This document shows, in pieces, positions 12,621 through 25,905 of a stretch of 64,000 nucleotides of DNA. Source of the stretch: Gordius albopunctatus (lineage: Eukaryota); NCBI GenBank assembly GCA_964276515.1, contig OZ193909.1:6200001-6264000 (forward strand), read 5' to 3'. Position numbers and translations under genes: made by a program. The notes beneath the pieces were generated by a model. It worked only from the letters and a program-made list of their open reading frames with translations. It had not been told where the DNA came from and did not search any database. How positions within the stretch are numbered: position 1 is the first letter of the stretch; every line of letters starts with the position of its first letter.

Positions 12621-14258
12621 GATTCCACATTTTAACTATTTGGCAATATTAACTTTTACCATCATTATTTATGTTTATATAAGAATTTATTAATTATAAG
12701 TCAATGAAAACGCTATCAAATTATTATTAATAACTCCTCCACTTCATGATGTGAACACCTCAAATAGCCAATTAATTAAAATGCTCTTAGATAACCTTTT
12801 AAATTAAAATGTAAAAAGGTTTCTTTTAGCAAATTGAAGTAATTAATCTTGCCATTAAAAAGCAGTGTGTTTAATTTGCACATGGGGGTAACCAGGGGGA
12901 GGCAGGAACGGCGATTGCCTTCCTCAAAATCCAAAAATCTTTTAAATTATGGCTAACATTTTAATAACTATCCTGCCCCTTCCTAAATCATTATTGCTCC
13001 CCTCTAATTCCAGAGCTGGCTATACCCTTGCACATATATATATATATCGAAAAAAACATCTTTCATACCAAACAAACTTAATTAGTTTTATAAACTTTAA
13101 GCGAGATATAAACTAGAGATTTAGATTTAAGCCAGTTTCTATGCCAATATTGACTACTCCCTTAAGCCTCTTTTAAGGCCATTCAAATTAAAATTACCCT
13201 ATCTTTTTAAATTTGAAATTGGTCCACCATTCTTATTTTACTACAAAGTTATCAAGTTTGTAATAAAATAAAGCAACAAAACATTAATTTATATTAATTT
13301 GTTAAAAGATCTCCGAAAAGCTTCTAGGTTTAAATATTTTTATGGCGGGAATTCTGTTTTATAAATATTATAACTGAATTTTGGCAGTAAATGAATCGGC
13401 AAAAATGTATTATACTCTGAGTTATATGTATTCAAATTTTTTTTCCAACATCGCTTAACAAAACAATATTGCTAATTATAATCGTCGAATACAATAACTT
13501 TAAACTCTTTTCTAATGAAAGGGATTTTAAATAGTTTTACCAAATTTTAATAAAATCATTAGTGAGTTGGCAAAGCTTTTATAATTAATATTTCAAAAAG
13601 CATTTTTTTTAAAATAATGATATAGCGATGAAACATATTTCATAATATAAATTATTATGCAATTTTTAACAATTTATACTATGTTATATAAATAAAACAA
13701 AAAAATTTATATAGATGAATTTAAATTTCGAAGTTTTCGAATTGAAAGAATCAACAAAATAAATCAGACAGTATATTATCGGATAAGATTTTCAACAGCC
13801 ATCCAAGCCAAAATTAAAATACGCATGTATAATTTATTTTTCCCGGAATCCCACCAAATAATAAGTGTAAGCTTTTCATCAAGCTTAACGCATTTATTTA
13901 TATTATCTTATTATTTAAAATACAAATTGAATGTGAAAAATTTTATTTGTATGTTTTAGGTAAATGGAAACTTTGAATTTACTTCAGTCCTTAATGGATT
14001 ATATGGATTTGAGTTAATCCCATATATAAACAAACAGTCTGTTCGTCAATATAGCAGAGAATTTTATTTTACTAGGATGTTTGGTAATTCAACCTATAAA
14101 CTTTTTAAGTGTTTTAGTACTTAATGTTAATAGACATTATTTTTAAATATGGTATTATGATCTTCTTAATCATAAATGTCTGAGAAGAATGTAAAAACGG
14201 ATCTTGATATTTATGATTTATGTTTATTCTTTAAAATCTTAGACTATTATATTATATA

Positions 14259-14773
14259 TTAGTGCTGTAAAAACGTCTAGATTTTGTTTGGTCGACCTTT
14301 GGTTTTAGTCGAATAAACATGAAGACCAAAGGTTAAGTCTTTTTATGCCACTAAGAAAAACAGACCGAAAACTTTTAAATACGCTCTTTATTATATATCA
14401 ACTATTCGAACTACAAATTATTACAAAGACGTGGTTAGGATTTAGGATAATAAAATAATATGAGGTTTCTTGAGGAAAATTAAATAATTGATGATATCAG
14501 GTCTTTAGTCTCTGATAATGTTTTGTTTTGTGCGCCTTGCGCGAGTTGTTATCCTCCCTTGAGTCCTTTACGTTACTCTTCTTTCTTTGATTTTCTTTGT
14601 CCACAGCTTATTATCGTCTAGCATCTGGTAATTATCCCTTCCATCTGGTTGCTAGTCTTCAACGTCTCTTTCCCCAAAACTCATATATATGACAAAAACC
14701 TTTAGTTTATCTATGTTAAGTCAACTAAAACCAAAGGTCGACGTAACAAAACCCAGCCGTTTTCTCAACACTA
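14259..14773. mobile_element. MITE with TAGTG(C/T)TGTAAAAA termini
   Basis: Termini TAGTGCTGTAAAAACG...CGTTTTCTCAACACTA. Relatives lie at about 32504-32618, 33170-33320 and 35540-35735. Confidence 0.7.
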
Positions 14774-16739
14774 TTATATATATTCCAAGTATGATGAGCG
14801 TTTTACATAAATATTCGGCTCACATATTTAATGACACAATTTCACTTTTTATGATATCAAGCATCATTCGCGTAACTAGAAAGAGCATTTTGTAAATTTT
14901 ATAAAATATCCAGTTGTGTCTTTTATAATTTTTGAACTTATTGATTGTAGGGGGATTATTTTGTATTGTAATTATATTTTGGATTAATATATATTCAAAT
15001 TTTTTTTCGGGCCACGGGTCGGGCTGGCCCATCAGGCCCGATCCAAGCCTGAGGCCCGATCAATGTTTTAAAATTTGCCCGAGCCCGATCCGAAAGCCCG
15101 TCAGGCCGGGCCGAACTCGGGCCGGGCCTCGGACGGCCCGTGCAGGGCTCTAATTGTAATATAAACTCGTTATATGTTCAAAACCTTTGTACGATAAACA
15201 GCTATTCGCCCATCGTGGTTACCGATGCAACTAGATTATTATGAATACGACTACAATGTAGTGGTCTGTGAAAGGTGCCGAATGTCCAAATCTAAATACC
15301 GTTGCAACCAGTGCCATAAGTTTGATGACATAGTAAATCCAATATGGCTGACAAATGAGGTCATTAATCAGAGCAAACTGTCACAAGCAGGGGAAATCAA
15401 TTATAGACACCTATTCAAACATTAACATCCACTATAAAATGTTTAATCTATCATGTTTAAATTTACATATAACTAACTGTCTCATCATCTATAATGTTAA
15501 ATAAACACAATGATAATTGACTATTAAAACTAAATTTGATTGTAGCCTGAAACAATATTCTGAACAAAAGGCATTTTAATTATAACGCCTTCTGTGCAAG
15601 TTTTAAAAATTAAATTTGATTAAAATTTTAGGAGATAATATTCTAGTGTAAAATATTATTTTAAAGACACTTATGACGCATATCAAAATATTTTATTGAC
15701 AAAAAAACTATAAGAATCGATAAAAGTAACGATGTGAAATGGATTATATTCTTAAACACCATAATAATGTATAGATGAAATTAGCGTTCATTAAAGAAAG
15801 TTTATAATTTAAAACATATAGTTGTAAAACAACTTAATACAATAAATAATCAACATTAAACAATTTTAGGGGGAAAATACTTTTGAAATTTGTTTATTAG
15901 TAATTTATTACAATAAACAATATATCTTTAAAGTTTTAAATCTCGACAACAATACATGAATTACAAATAATAGGGCGCAAAGTTATATCATATATTAAGT
16001 CAGATGCTGGGCAATCGAAATCATCCTTGACTATCAATCTTTATAAATATGGAAATTAGGAATGAATAGAATATCTATTGTGTAGTTTTTAAATAAGGAA
16101 TAAATTATAGACAATAGTAATATGTTAGGCTGAGATTAATAATATTCTTTTATTTTTTATTAAGAACTAATTAGCCGGGGAGGGACATAAAAAAGGAAAC
16201 AAAGGGCGATTGATTATAAAAAATAGTTTAATATGATTTTTACCAACTAGAATTTTGTTTACAATATAAACACATATAATTATTTATGGCAATAAGATAA
16301 TCTATAAAGATGTATAAAATATAGATAAATATATAATAATTTAAACAATTCGTTTTTCACGTATTTACATATATGACAAATCGAATTCTCAGCAATTTAA
16401 AGGGACAACCCTATCCCATTTAATTTTATAACCTTGAGTTGTTTAGACAATCTCCAGCTGCCTTACACTCAATCATCACATTTTTCAGATGATGATAGGC
16501 GGTTGTTCTAGTGAGCTCAAACCAAAAATTCTTAGATGCAAATTGCACTTCTCTATCTATGTAATCGCGCTGAGACTTTATAAATCAATATTTAATGTTT
16601 CACAAGCACTTATATCACATGCTAGACCGTGATGTATGATATAGGTCAGAGACCAGAAAACCCCGACTCATGGCCCACGGGTAGTGCCGGGCAAGTCCGG
16701 GTGAACAAGTTTTACATTGTATCCAAATCCCATGTGCAA

Positions 16740-19700
16740 AAAGTGGGGGGCTTTCGTCAGGTCGGAAACCGGCTGTAAATTCAACTCAAAAATTATGATA
16801 ATTTTCAAATATCACCTTACAACAGAAAGCTAAGGCATCCCCAACAAACGACGCGCTCTGCACATCCCGCTCTTGTGTGAAAAATGCATTATGGTTACCG
16901 CCTGAATCACACCAAAGGCGGTTAAGAATTCAGTTGTGGATGAAATGCGGATAACATGCTGAAATGTGGGCACGTTGACGGGAAAGAGCATCGAAGTCGC
17001 ACAAATGCTAAAAAGAAGAAAAGTATACATCGCCTGCCTTCATAAGATCTGGTTGAACGGAACCAGAGCTTGGGGGATAGGAGTAAGGTACAAGCTATTT
17101 TACAGTGGGTCACCAAATCGTATAAAGTGGCTATGTGGCTTATCTTTCAAGGACAAGGTGGTAGAACTGAAGGGTTGTTCAGACAGATTAATGTGGGTAA
17201 AATCGCATATAAAGGGGGCCTCCTAACTGTTATTTGCGCCTATGCTACCAACATTGCGTTTATGAAATCAGAGAAAGACATATTTTTCCATTTAATGGAA
17301 AATAAATATAATGAATAGGACAGAAAGAAATATTTATTAGGACGGTCTTCAAAGCTCACGTAGGAAAACATCGCCTCAGGTATGGAAGAAATCATGGAGG
17401 CTATTGAAATGACATGTAGAATAAAGAAGGGGAAAAATTTATCCAAGCATCCCAAGCATACGATATGTCAATAATACATATTTTTAAAAACGCCAAAATC
17501 ATATTGTGACTTATAAAATCGGGAAGCTCTATAGTAAGATTAACTATCTGCTCATAAGGCTAAATAATTTAGTCAGGATCAAGGATTAAATAGTAATACC
17601 GGAGAAATCGCCAGGCAACATCGTCCCTATTATGGATCTTTAAAGAAAAGTATTTCCTGAAAGAATAAAGGTGTATGAACCTCAAATTAGATACGAAAGT
17701 CTAAAAGAGACATCGACTAACAAAAGATACCATCAGAAAGCCAACATACTCTTAAGTGCTGAAAAATTGGAACGGAAAATAGACGACGATTGGGAGACGC
17801 TAACTGTGGACATAAAGAAAACAGCGATTTAGGTTCAGGACAAACAAAAGGAGACAAAGCTATGAATAAGGAACTATGGTAGTGGGATCAACCGGTTAAA
17901 GATTTCATCGAAAGAAAGAAAAATCTATATGGGCAGTGGCATAAATCAAAAAAGTGGGAAGATTATCAAGAGTATAGGGAGGCAAAGAGAGCCGCTAAAA
18001 AGGCCCTTGCAATAACGAAGAATGCCGCGTACACCGAGATGGCAAACAAACTGGACCATAAAAGGGGCGTTAGGCTTATGTACAAATTGGTCTAGATAAG
18101 TGAGAAGAAAAGTCGCAATGTCGAAGTTGTTAAAATAGTCAAAAACAAGAAGGATCAAACCTTATTCAAGCCAAAGAAAGTGATGGAAAGGTGGAAAGGA
18201 TATTTTAAGAAACGTATGAATATTGCAAATGACAAAGATTACCTTCAGGAGGATGAAGTTAGGATACAAATGAACAAGATGCAAAGCTAATGGCCCAGAT
18301 GGAATACATCTAGAAGCATTGCTCGGTTTACCGTGAAGAAGAAGTGACCATTATGAAGAACCTCTTCAACAAGATATTTGTATAAGAGCTAATTCCTAAA
18401 CAATGGAGAGCAAGTACGATTGCATCCTTATTCAAGGGCAAAGAAAACCCTCAAGAGTATGAGAATTACAGAGGTATGAAGGTAACTTGCCATTCATTGA
18501 AGCTTATGGAAAGGAATCGGCTAACCAATTCGGATTTGTGGCCGTCAAATCCACAATCGACCCAATCTTCGCACTAAGACAAATTATAGATAAATCTGAG
18601 GAAAGAAACCTACAGCAAGCTTATGACATCATCCCTCACGATGTAATATGGTGTTGATTGAGAAAACAAAATATCTCTGTCGTCCCCTAACGGCTTATAA
18701 AAAATATTTATTAAACCTTAAATTCTTGCGCTAGAACCACAGTTGGGAACACTAAATCTTTTCGGGTTAAAAATACATTTTATCAAGTACCTCAAGTACC
18801 TTTTTATTCAATATAATTATGGACACTATAGCGAGAGAGATTCAGTCATCGCCATGGTGTATGCTATATAGGGGAGACCGGGGACTAAATAGCCATAAAA
18901 AATTAAATCGCGTTTAAAGAAAACTAAAAATTATTTTTTCAATTTTTTTGTTGGAACGTAATCTTAAGGTGTATTTATACTATAGGGAAAAAATTCGGAT
19001 TGAAAAAATTAATAGTTTTCTCACAAATTACATTAAAAAAATTCTTAAAATTTAAAAAATGCCAGGGGCAAGTCACATCCCCTTTCGGGGGATAGATTAT
19101 CCCTTACGTATTCACTTCCTATTGATTTATGTTAACTCAGATCAATAAAAAGAATGTTTTATTATATAAAAAACATAGAAAATGCAAATTTAAAAATAAA
19201 AAGGGTCAAGATGACAATCTGATTTAGGTACCCATAGGAGACAAATTCTGCAATGAAAAATCTTTAAATAGTATATTAATATTCCAAATTACACTAAGAT
19301 AAATTATTATTAAACAATTTTTTTTAATCTTGACATTTGTCTACGCAATAAAAAATGGCTAGCACTGTCCCCTCTCCGACTAGCCCCGACCTCTATTTTT
19401 ATAAACAATCAATAATTCAACGTGTTATATTGCAAATAAAAATGTAATCATTAGACGGTTTTTATATAAAAAATATTTTTTTATGAGAGAGAACTTAAAT
19501 TAGTCCAAAATCTACAGCCAAAAAAATTTTATGTCCAAAATACAAAATTTTGTCAAGGCTACTAATAGCCCCGAAAAATCTTTTTTTCTCTATAAAAATT
19601 TTAAATTTTATTTTTTACAAACAAAATTTTTTTTACTTATACCTTATGAAATAATACACACATAGTTTAAATCATAATTATATACCATTATTATTTTAAA

Positions 19701-20500
19701 AAATAATTACAAAGATAATAATAACCCCTGGCTACGACTGGCCTCGGTCTCCTCTAGCGATGATATAGTACTAAATAAAGAGACAAAGAAAAAAGTATTC
19801 AGAGAAACCTAAAAATGTCAAAGCGCCTGAAATGGTTTAAAGGTAGTCAATCGAAAAACGGTACACATAAAAATAAATATTACAGGCAGCCCATCGCTGG
19901 ATGAGCATCTAAATTTCCCAAAGGTAGACAGGCTTACATACCTCGGCTCGATGCTACATCAAAAGGAAGGTTGCGCAAGAGATGTCAATAACCGGATCCA
20001 AAAAGGATGGCTTAAAAGGCGAAGTATAGTGTAATGTGTGACAAGAAAATGCCAATATAATAGTTGAAGAGCAAAGTCTCTACAAATCCATGGTAAGAGC
20101 GGTGTTACTCTATAGAAGTTAAGCATGGGCATTAAACACCACAGAAGAAAAGCTATTACAAGCTACAGAGATGAGAATGATACGGCGGTGGAATATACTA
20201 AGCTCTATTAAATGACGAATGACTTTCTCATGACAGAAATGGGGTTTCAACCTAAGGCGGACATAATTAACGAAATCGGCTAAGGTGGTATGGGCATGTA
20301 TTAAGAAGGGGCAGGAATGACATAAATTCACAAGTACTGGGTATGGATGTACCGGGGAAGAGAAGAGAGGATAAAAACGACTACGTGTAACGTGGAAAGG
20401 GCAAGTAGACAAAATTATCAAAACTAAGAAGATAAATCAGGACATGGCGCTTACCCGATCAAAATTGGAAAAACTTATTAAAACAAACCCCACGACAGAA
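16740..20500 (+). pseudogene. Decayed near-full-length RTE LINE (APE + RT)
   Basis: Fragments such as VGTLTGKSIEVAQMLKRRKVYIACL, NYRGMK, QFGF, CMLY-SDDIVL and YLGSML are separated by many stops and frameshifts. Confidence 0.85.
18871..19754. mobile_element. TA-targeting non-autonomous DNA element inserted in the RT Y-S-D-D motif
   Basis: Termini GGGGAGACCGGG...CCTCGGTCTCCTC are flanked by TA. Removing the insert restores tgt atg cta tat agc gat gat (CMLYSDD). Confidence 0.8.
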
Positions 20501-21349
20501 GATAAGTCCTATTTTAATTATAAAAAATCGAGAATCAACAAATTTTCTATTAAAAAAATCATCATTTCGGGGCAGGCAGTTGGGGCAGCTCTATTCGGGC
20601 ATTGTAGGGGGACACTTAAAAGGGTTCGGGCTGTAAAAGGCGTGTAATTTAGTTATGAAATAGGACCGGGCACGGTTTGGGTTGAAGCATTTATACAGAT
20701 CTCTAAACGAAAAAATCAATTAATGACTGAAAGATAACCTTTTGAATTTATCAAAGGGCTAACCATGTCACGACGAACATGGCTGAAAGGTGCATCGAAA
20801 TGACAGAAATAGGAATTCTTTATCTTCTGCTTTGGGGTTGCGCAAATTTCTGGGTGGGTGAGGTTATATTAAAGGACGAAATTCGTATTATAGAGGCAGG
20901 TTTTACTGTCATAGTATGCCAGGCTCTTAACCGAGCCAGAAATACATTGTAGTGGTGGTTGAGCTTGTGTACTCTCGTGATTCAAGAAACTATACCCTTG
21001 GTAGCCAAACACAATTTTTGTCTTTGTTACTGGTGGGGTCGCCCTATTGGCAAGGTTCTTGGTGAAGGGTCAGACTAAAGTTCTGGGCTTTTTGAGGGAG
21101 TACTAGTGAAATGAAAGTGCTAGATTTAGCCTATCAATAGAAAGGGTCTAAAGAAAAGTTTAATTTACCAAAATGACGGCATCATAAAGAATAGTAGGTA
21201 GTCAAGCGCCAAAATCTAACATAGTTACGTCAGGCTTGGAAGGCCGAGATATCAATACTCCCTCATTTAATTTAAACCAAAATGTATAGTACAACAAAGA
21301 AGCAGCATGAAAAGCATAGGGCGTCCCCCTTAGGCGACGCGTGCATTAT

Positions 21350-22775
21350 TCGCCTGGAATGTGTTAGGACAAAGTTTGGGTCATGAAATATTGGTACAAT
21401 GACTAGCAAGAGCTAAGGAGGAGAAAAATCGATATCGCTTGTATACAAGAGACCAAATGGAAGGGTCAAAAAGCAAAATACATAGGTGAGGGATACAAAT
21501 TATATTTTTACGGTACAGATTCTCATTGAAATGGCGTCGGTATAGTGCTATCGGAATAATTTCAGCAAACTGTCGTCGACGTTAAAAGAATTAATGACAG
21601 AATTATGGTGATACAGCTTTGTTATAAATATACTACGATAAAGGTTATATCAGCATACGCCCCTCAAAGTGAATGCTCTGAGGTGGAAAAAGAGTGTTTT
21701 TGAAAGGAGCTTGAAGATGTTCTATCCCAATTCGGTAAAGAGGGACTAATAATTATCGGAGCGGACCCAATGGACACATGGGAAACACGGTGGTCGGGGT
21801 TACGGCCTAAGAAATGAAGTAGGTACGGAAATTCTAGAAATTGCTCAAGCTTTTGACCTAGCAATAGAAAATACCTTCTTCAAAAAGAGACAGGAACATC
21901 TTATAACGTACAAAAGCGGCAGCCGTACCACTCAGATAGATTACTTTTTAGTCAACAGAGCCCACTTAAAGTAAGTCCAAAATTTTAAGGTAATACCGAG
22001 TGAAATATTGGCCTGCCAACACAAGCAATTGGTGATGGACTTTATATTAAAGGGCCTTAAAGTGCAAAAGGTACAAAGAGTAGCCGCTACTATACAATGG
22101 AGGAAACTAAAGGATAATATTCAACATTTTCAGGAACAAGTAATTAAACATGCTGAATTTAAGGAAAATACTTCATGTGAGGATCAATGGAATAGTATAG
22201 CTGCCACAATGCGAAAAGAGGGACGACAAATACTAGGTGAAAGCAAGCCCACTAAAAGAATTATCAAAGAGACGTGGTGGTGGAATTAAGATATGCAAAA
22301 ATGTATCAAGGAAAATAAGAGATTGTACAAAATTTGGTATAAAAGCAAGGATAGTAATGATAAGCAAGCTTACCAAGTAGCTAAAAGATCGGCTAAAAAA
22401 TTCGTAGCAAAAGCAAAAAGCAAGGTGTAAGACGATATAAATGTAAAACTAAACTCAAAGGAAGGATAAAGATTGATTTACAAAATCGCAAAGTCAAGGG
22501 CCAGAAATTCTAAAGATTACCTAGAATGCCGGCTAATCAAGGGTCACAAGGGAGAAATACTAACACACGACAGCCATATACTACAAATATGGTACGACTA
22601 TTATAGCGATTTATCAATTGAAAAGGGGCCTGTAGTCGAAGACATCAACTAGGAAAATACAATAGGAGAATTAAACACAGCGGATTGGATCACGGAAACG
22701 GAATAAAATTTTCTATGGGTAAACTAAAGTCAGGAAAAGCTCTTGGACCAGAGCGTTAGGCAATACTGGTGCACT
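21350..22775 (+). pseudogene. Truncated RTE LINE copy, same family as 60704-64000
   Basis: Highly similar to the reverse complement of about 62470-63960 (ACQHKQLVMDFILKGLK...KETWWWN), with multiple nonsense changes. Confidence 0.9.
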
Positions 22776-25053
22776 AGGTATATTAACTTCAGAAATAAAT
22801 TGATGATTTATTATTTTAACATGATAATTATAATGTTTTTTTTTATAAATATGTCAAAAATAAAATAAAATTGTATGAAATTTTTGATGGGGCCGGGTGG
22901 AGTTCTTAAAAAAATTTGAACGGGTTTTGGCAGGCCTGACCTTTTTCTAAACGGGTACGAACGGGCCTCAAAATTTTACGGACGGGCCTAAAAAATTTAC
23001 GGACGGGCCTGAAGTGTTAAAAAAAATTACGGGCGGGCTCGGACGGGCCTTTAAGTTTTGAAAACGGGTACGGGCGGGCTGACCATCTAAAAACGGCTCG
23101 TTGAAGATCTCTAGTTTCCGAACTGACATAATTGAGTTAAAGGTTTGAAATGCTATAAAATCTAAACTTATAATTCATATGACTTGAAATTAAGTTCGAT
23201 AATATAAACTAATGGCATTTGTAATATTTCTTGGTACCTGCCGAAAGATTGTTTTCGAAAGCGTCTCTGACTATTAGAAAGCATCTGTCAGAAGCTTGCT
23301 ATGCCTAAACTCATGGCACACCTGAACAATATTCAACCCAATTTTACGTCAAAATTTAGGCTTGGAAGATGCATTCAAATTCACTGAAATTTTTGCAAAA
23401 TGCTGCGATTTATCAAAAAATTAAAATATATTAACATAAATTATTTTTTGCCAGAATTAATAATAAATGGATTAAAAGTTAATACTTTGTTATAGAAATG
23501 TCACACTATAATATAATTGTTTAAATTTTATATTTAACAACTTAAATTAAATTATATATGTGCAATTAACGTAAGATCTCAAAACTTTTATGTTCTTCCA
23601 ACAATAATTCTTATTTTATTGTATTTGCAATATAAATAATGATAATATTTTAAAAGTATACTGGCATTTTTGTCATTATTTTAACGTTATTTTATAAGAA
23701 CTCAATAAATTCATTATGTTAAAATATGATATTATTAAACTTTATCCTTTTAACGCGCCTTAGCCAGGAAATAAAGGTTATTAATGAGCAACTTTTTACC
23801 TTCGAGTCAAGTAGTATGTAACACCTATAAATGCTTCCTACCTTAAGAGTTATTCATCTAGCCAGTGTTTTGGGGTTTGAGATAAAAAATGGGTATCATT
23901 ATGACCAATTTACATCTTATATAATAATTTATAAGTGCCAGAAGAAAAATATATATTCTATGATTATTTTTAAAAGTCGAGACGAGAATTCTCGCCGAGA
24001 CCAGACGAGAATTTGCTTTCGTACCGATACGAGATCGAAACACTAATTGTGCCCCATGCGTAGCAAAGGGGGGGGGCAGGGAGGGGCGGCTGCCCCCTCT
24101 AAATCCATATTGATAAAATTTATGGCAAAAATTTTAAAAAATGATTATTTTGCCCCCCTTCCAATGCTGGCTGCGCCCATGTATGTTTTTATTCATTCCA
24201 ACGACCAATTTCGATTCAACGTTTTTATACCCTAAATATTAGCGCTCCCTTAAGATATAGCCAATATTCTAAGCTATAAAATAGTGGTAGCCAGAGACTA
24301 AAGTTGTAGCTGAACAAAGAGTTTTTTTTTATGATTTTCGAAATATAGAAGAGTGTCATTTCCTCCTATTCATTTTATCAATCAAACCTAAAATTCTAGG
24401 GAACATACATAATATAAGCAGGGGTTTATATTAGAAAACAATCACCTTTCTAAAAGTTTTATAAGGGCTATTTTCATTATACAAAACCTTTTATTGTGAG
24501 AGGATAAGTAAATCAAGTTACTGATGCACTGGCGGTTAAAATATATTGGCCACCTTGAAGTGCGTGATTTTCTCAACATTCCATAATATTCATAGTAAAC
24601 TCAGGAACTAACTGACGAATGAATAGATTCGCAAAATTGTCGCAATAAGAGACTATATAAATCCAAGGCGCATTATGCTAGTTCATCTTCGAAGTCTATC
24701 GAGGAAGATGTAACAAATGAATTCTTGAGCGATTAACATTGATAAAATATAAATGATAACATACACAGCTTATATTAAATTCTTGATGCATTTGTAATAT
24801 TATGACAATTTATTGCAGAATTCTTAAATATCAGTATGAGTTAGATGTTGAATGGGTTGATTTTGGGTTAATAATTTTTATCTAAATTTTTAATTTACCA
24901 TGCCTTGAGCTCTCTAATTATTTCATATAAATTACCGTATTTTCCTTTAAAAATTTCTCCAGCCCTTGAGTTAGGAAAAATGTTGCCCAGAAATTGATGT
25001 TTAATTATTGAAAATTGGTCATCATAAGCCTTAGAATATTAGATACAGATACA

Positions 25054-25179
25054 CATGGGCGTAGCCAGGTTTTGGATTGGGGGGGGGGAGGCGAAACATA
25101 ATTTTTTTAATTTTTAAGGCTTTTTGCATTGGAAATTTGTTTTTCGCAATTTAGGGGGGGGGGGGGGTGTACGCCCATG
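25054..25179. mobile_element. CATGGGCGTA-type MITE (hAT-like) with 8-bp TSD
   Basis: TIR CATGGGCGTA...TACGCCCATG and perfect TSD CAGATACA. Relatives lie at about 9312-9472, 12881-13030, 24055-24181, 30022-30173, 47577-47745 and 60990-61360. Confidence 0.9.
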
Positions 25180-25905
25180 CAGATACAACCCTCAAACATT
25201 AAATATCAATGTATATGTTTTTTATAAATTGTAAATATGATAAATACAAGGATAAGATTATTATTACGTTATGGTTACTTTATTACATTCTTACCTTAAA
25301 TCTCATTTATTTAATTCATTGTTATAAAGCAAATCGAACGAAGTTACTTTAGAATTAGACGAAGGTTAAATTAGCGTTAAAGATTAATTACTATTTTATA
25401 TTTGTTTCTTACCTTTATATTTACTGAAACATTGAATTTGATTAAATAATCGAGAGATAATATCCTAGTATATAATTCTCAATATTTTCCCCTTTCAGAC
25501 ACGCCTAATGCGCATTTCATCTTTTGAGACTTAGCTAAATAATTAATTAAAACAAATTCATAATTATAAAAATAATAAAAGGAACTAGGCAAACATCATT
25601 TTTATTTAATACACCCTTTGAAGCCATAATATTTGTATACAAAAAATCATGACCATCAATCACTTTTGGACCGAGCCCACCTTCTTAAATTTGTTTATTG
25701 GTAATAGACTAAACAATAATTATATCTTTAAAGTTTTAAATTACGACAACAATCCATAAAATAGTATTCGCATTCGCGGTAATAAAAGAAGAAAGATAAA
25801 TATTTACAATAAAAGATGATAGCGAATTATTGCAGCTCAGATAAACACCGAAAATTTTTATAGGAATATTTTTAGAGTAGATTTTGAGAGGGCTCGCTAA
25901 AAGTT

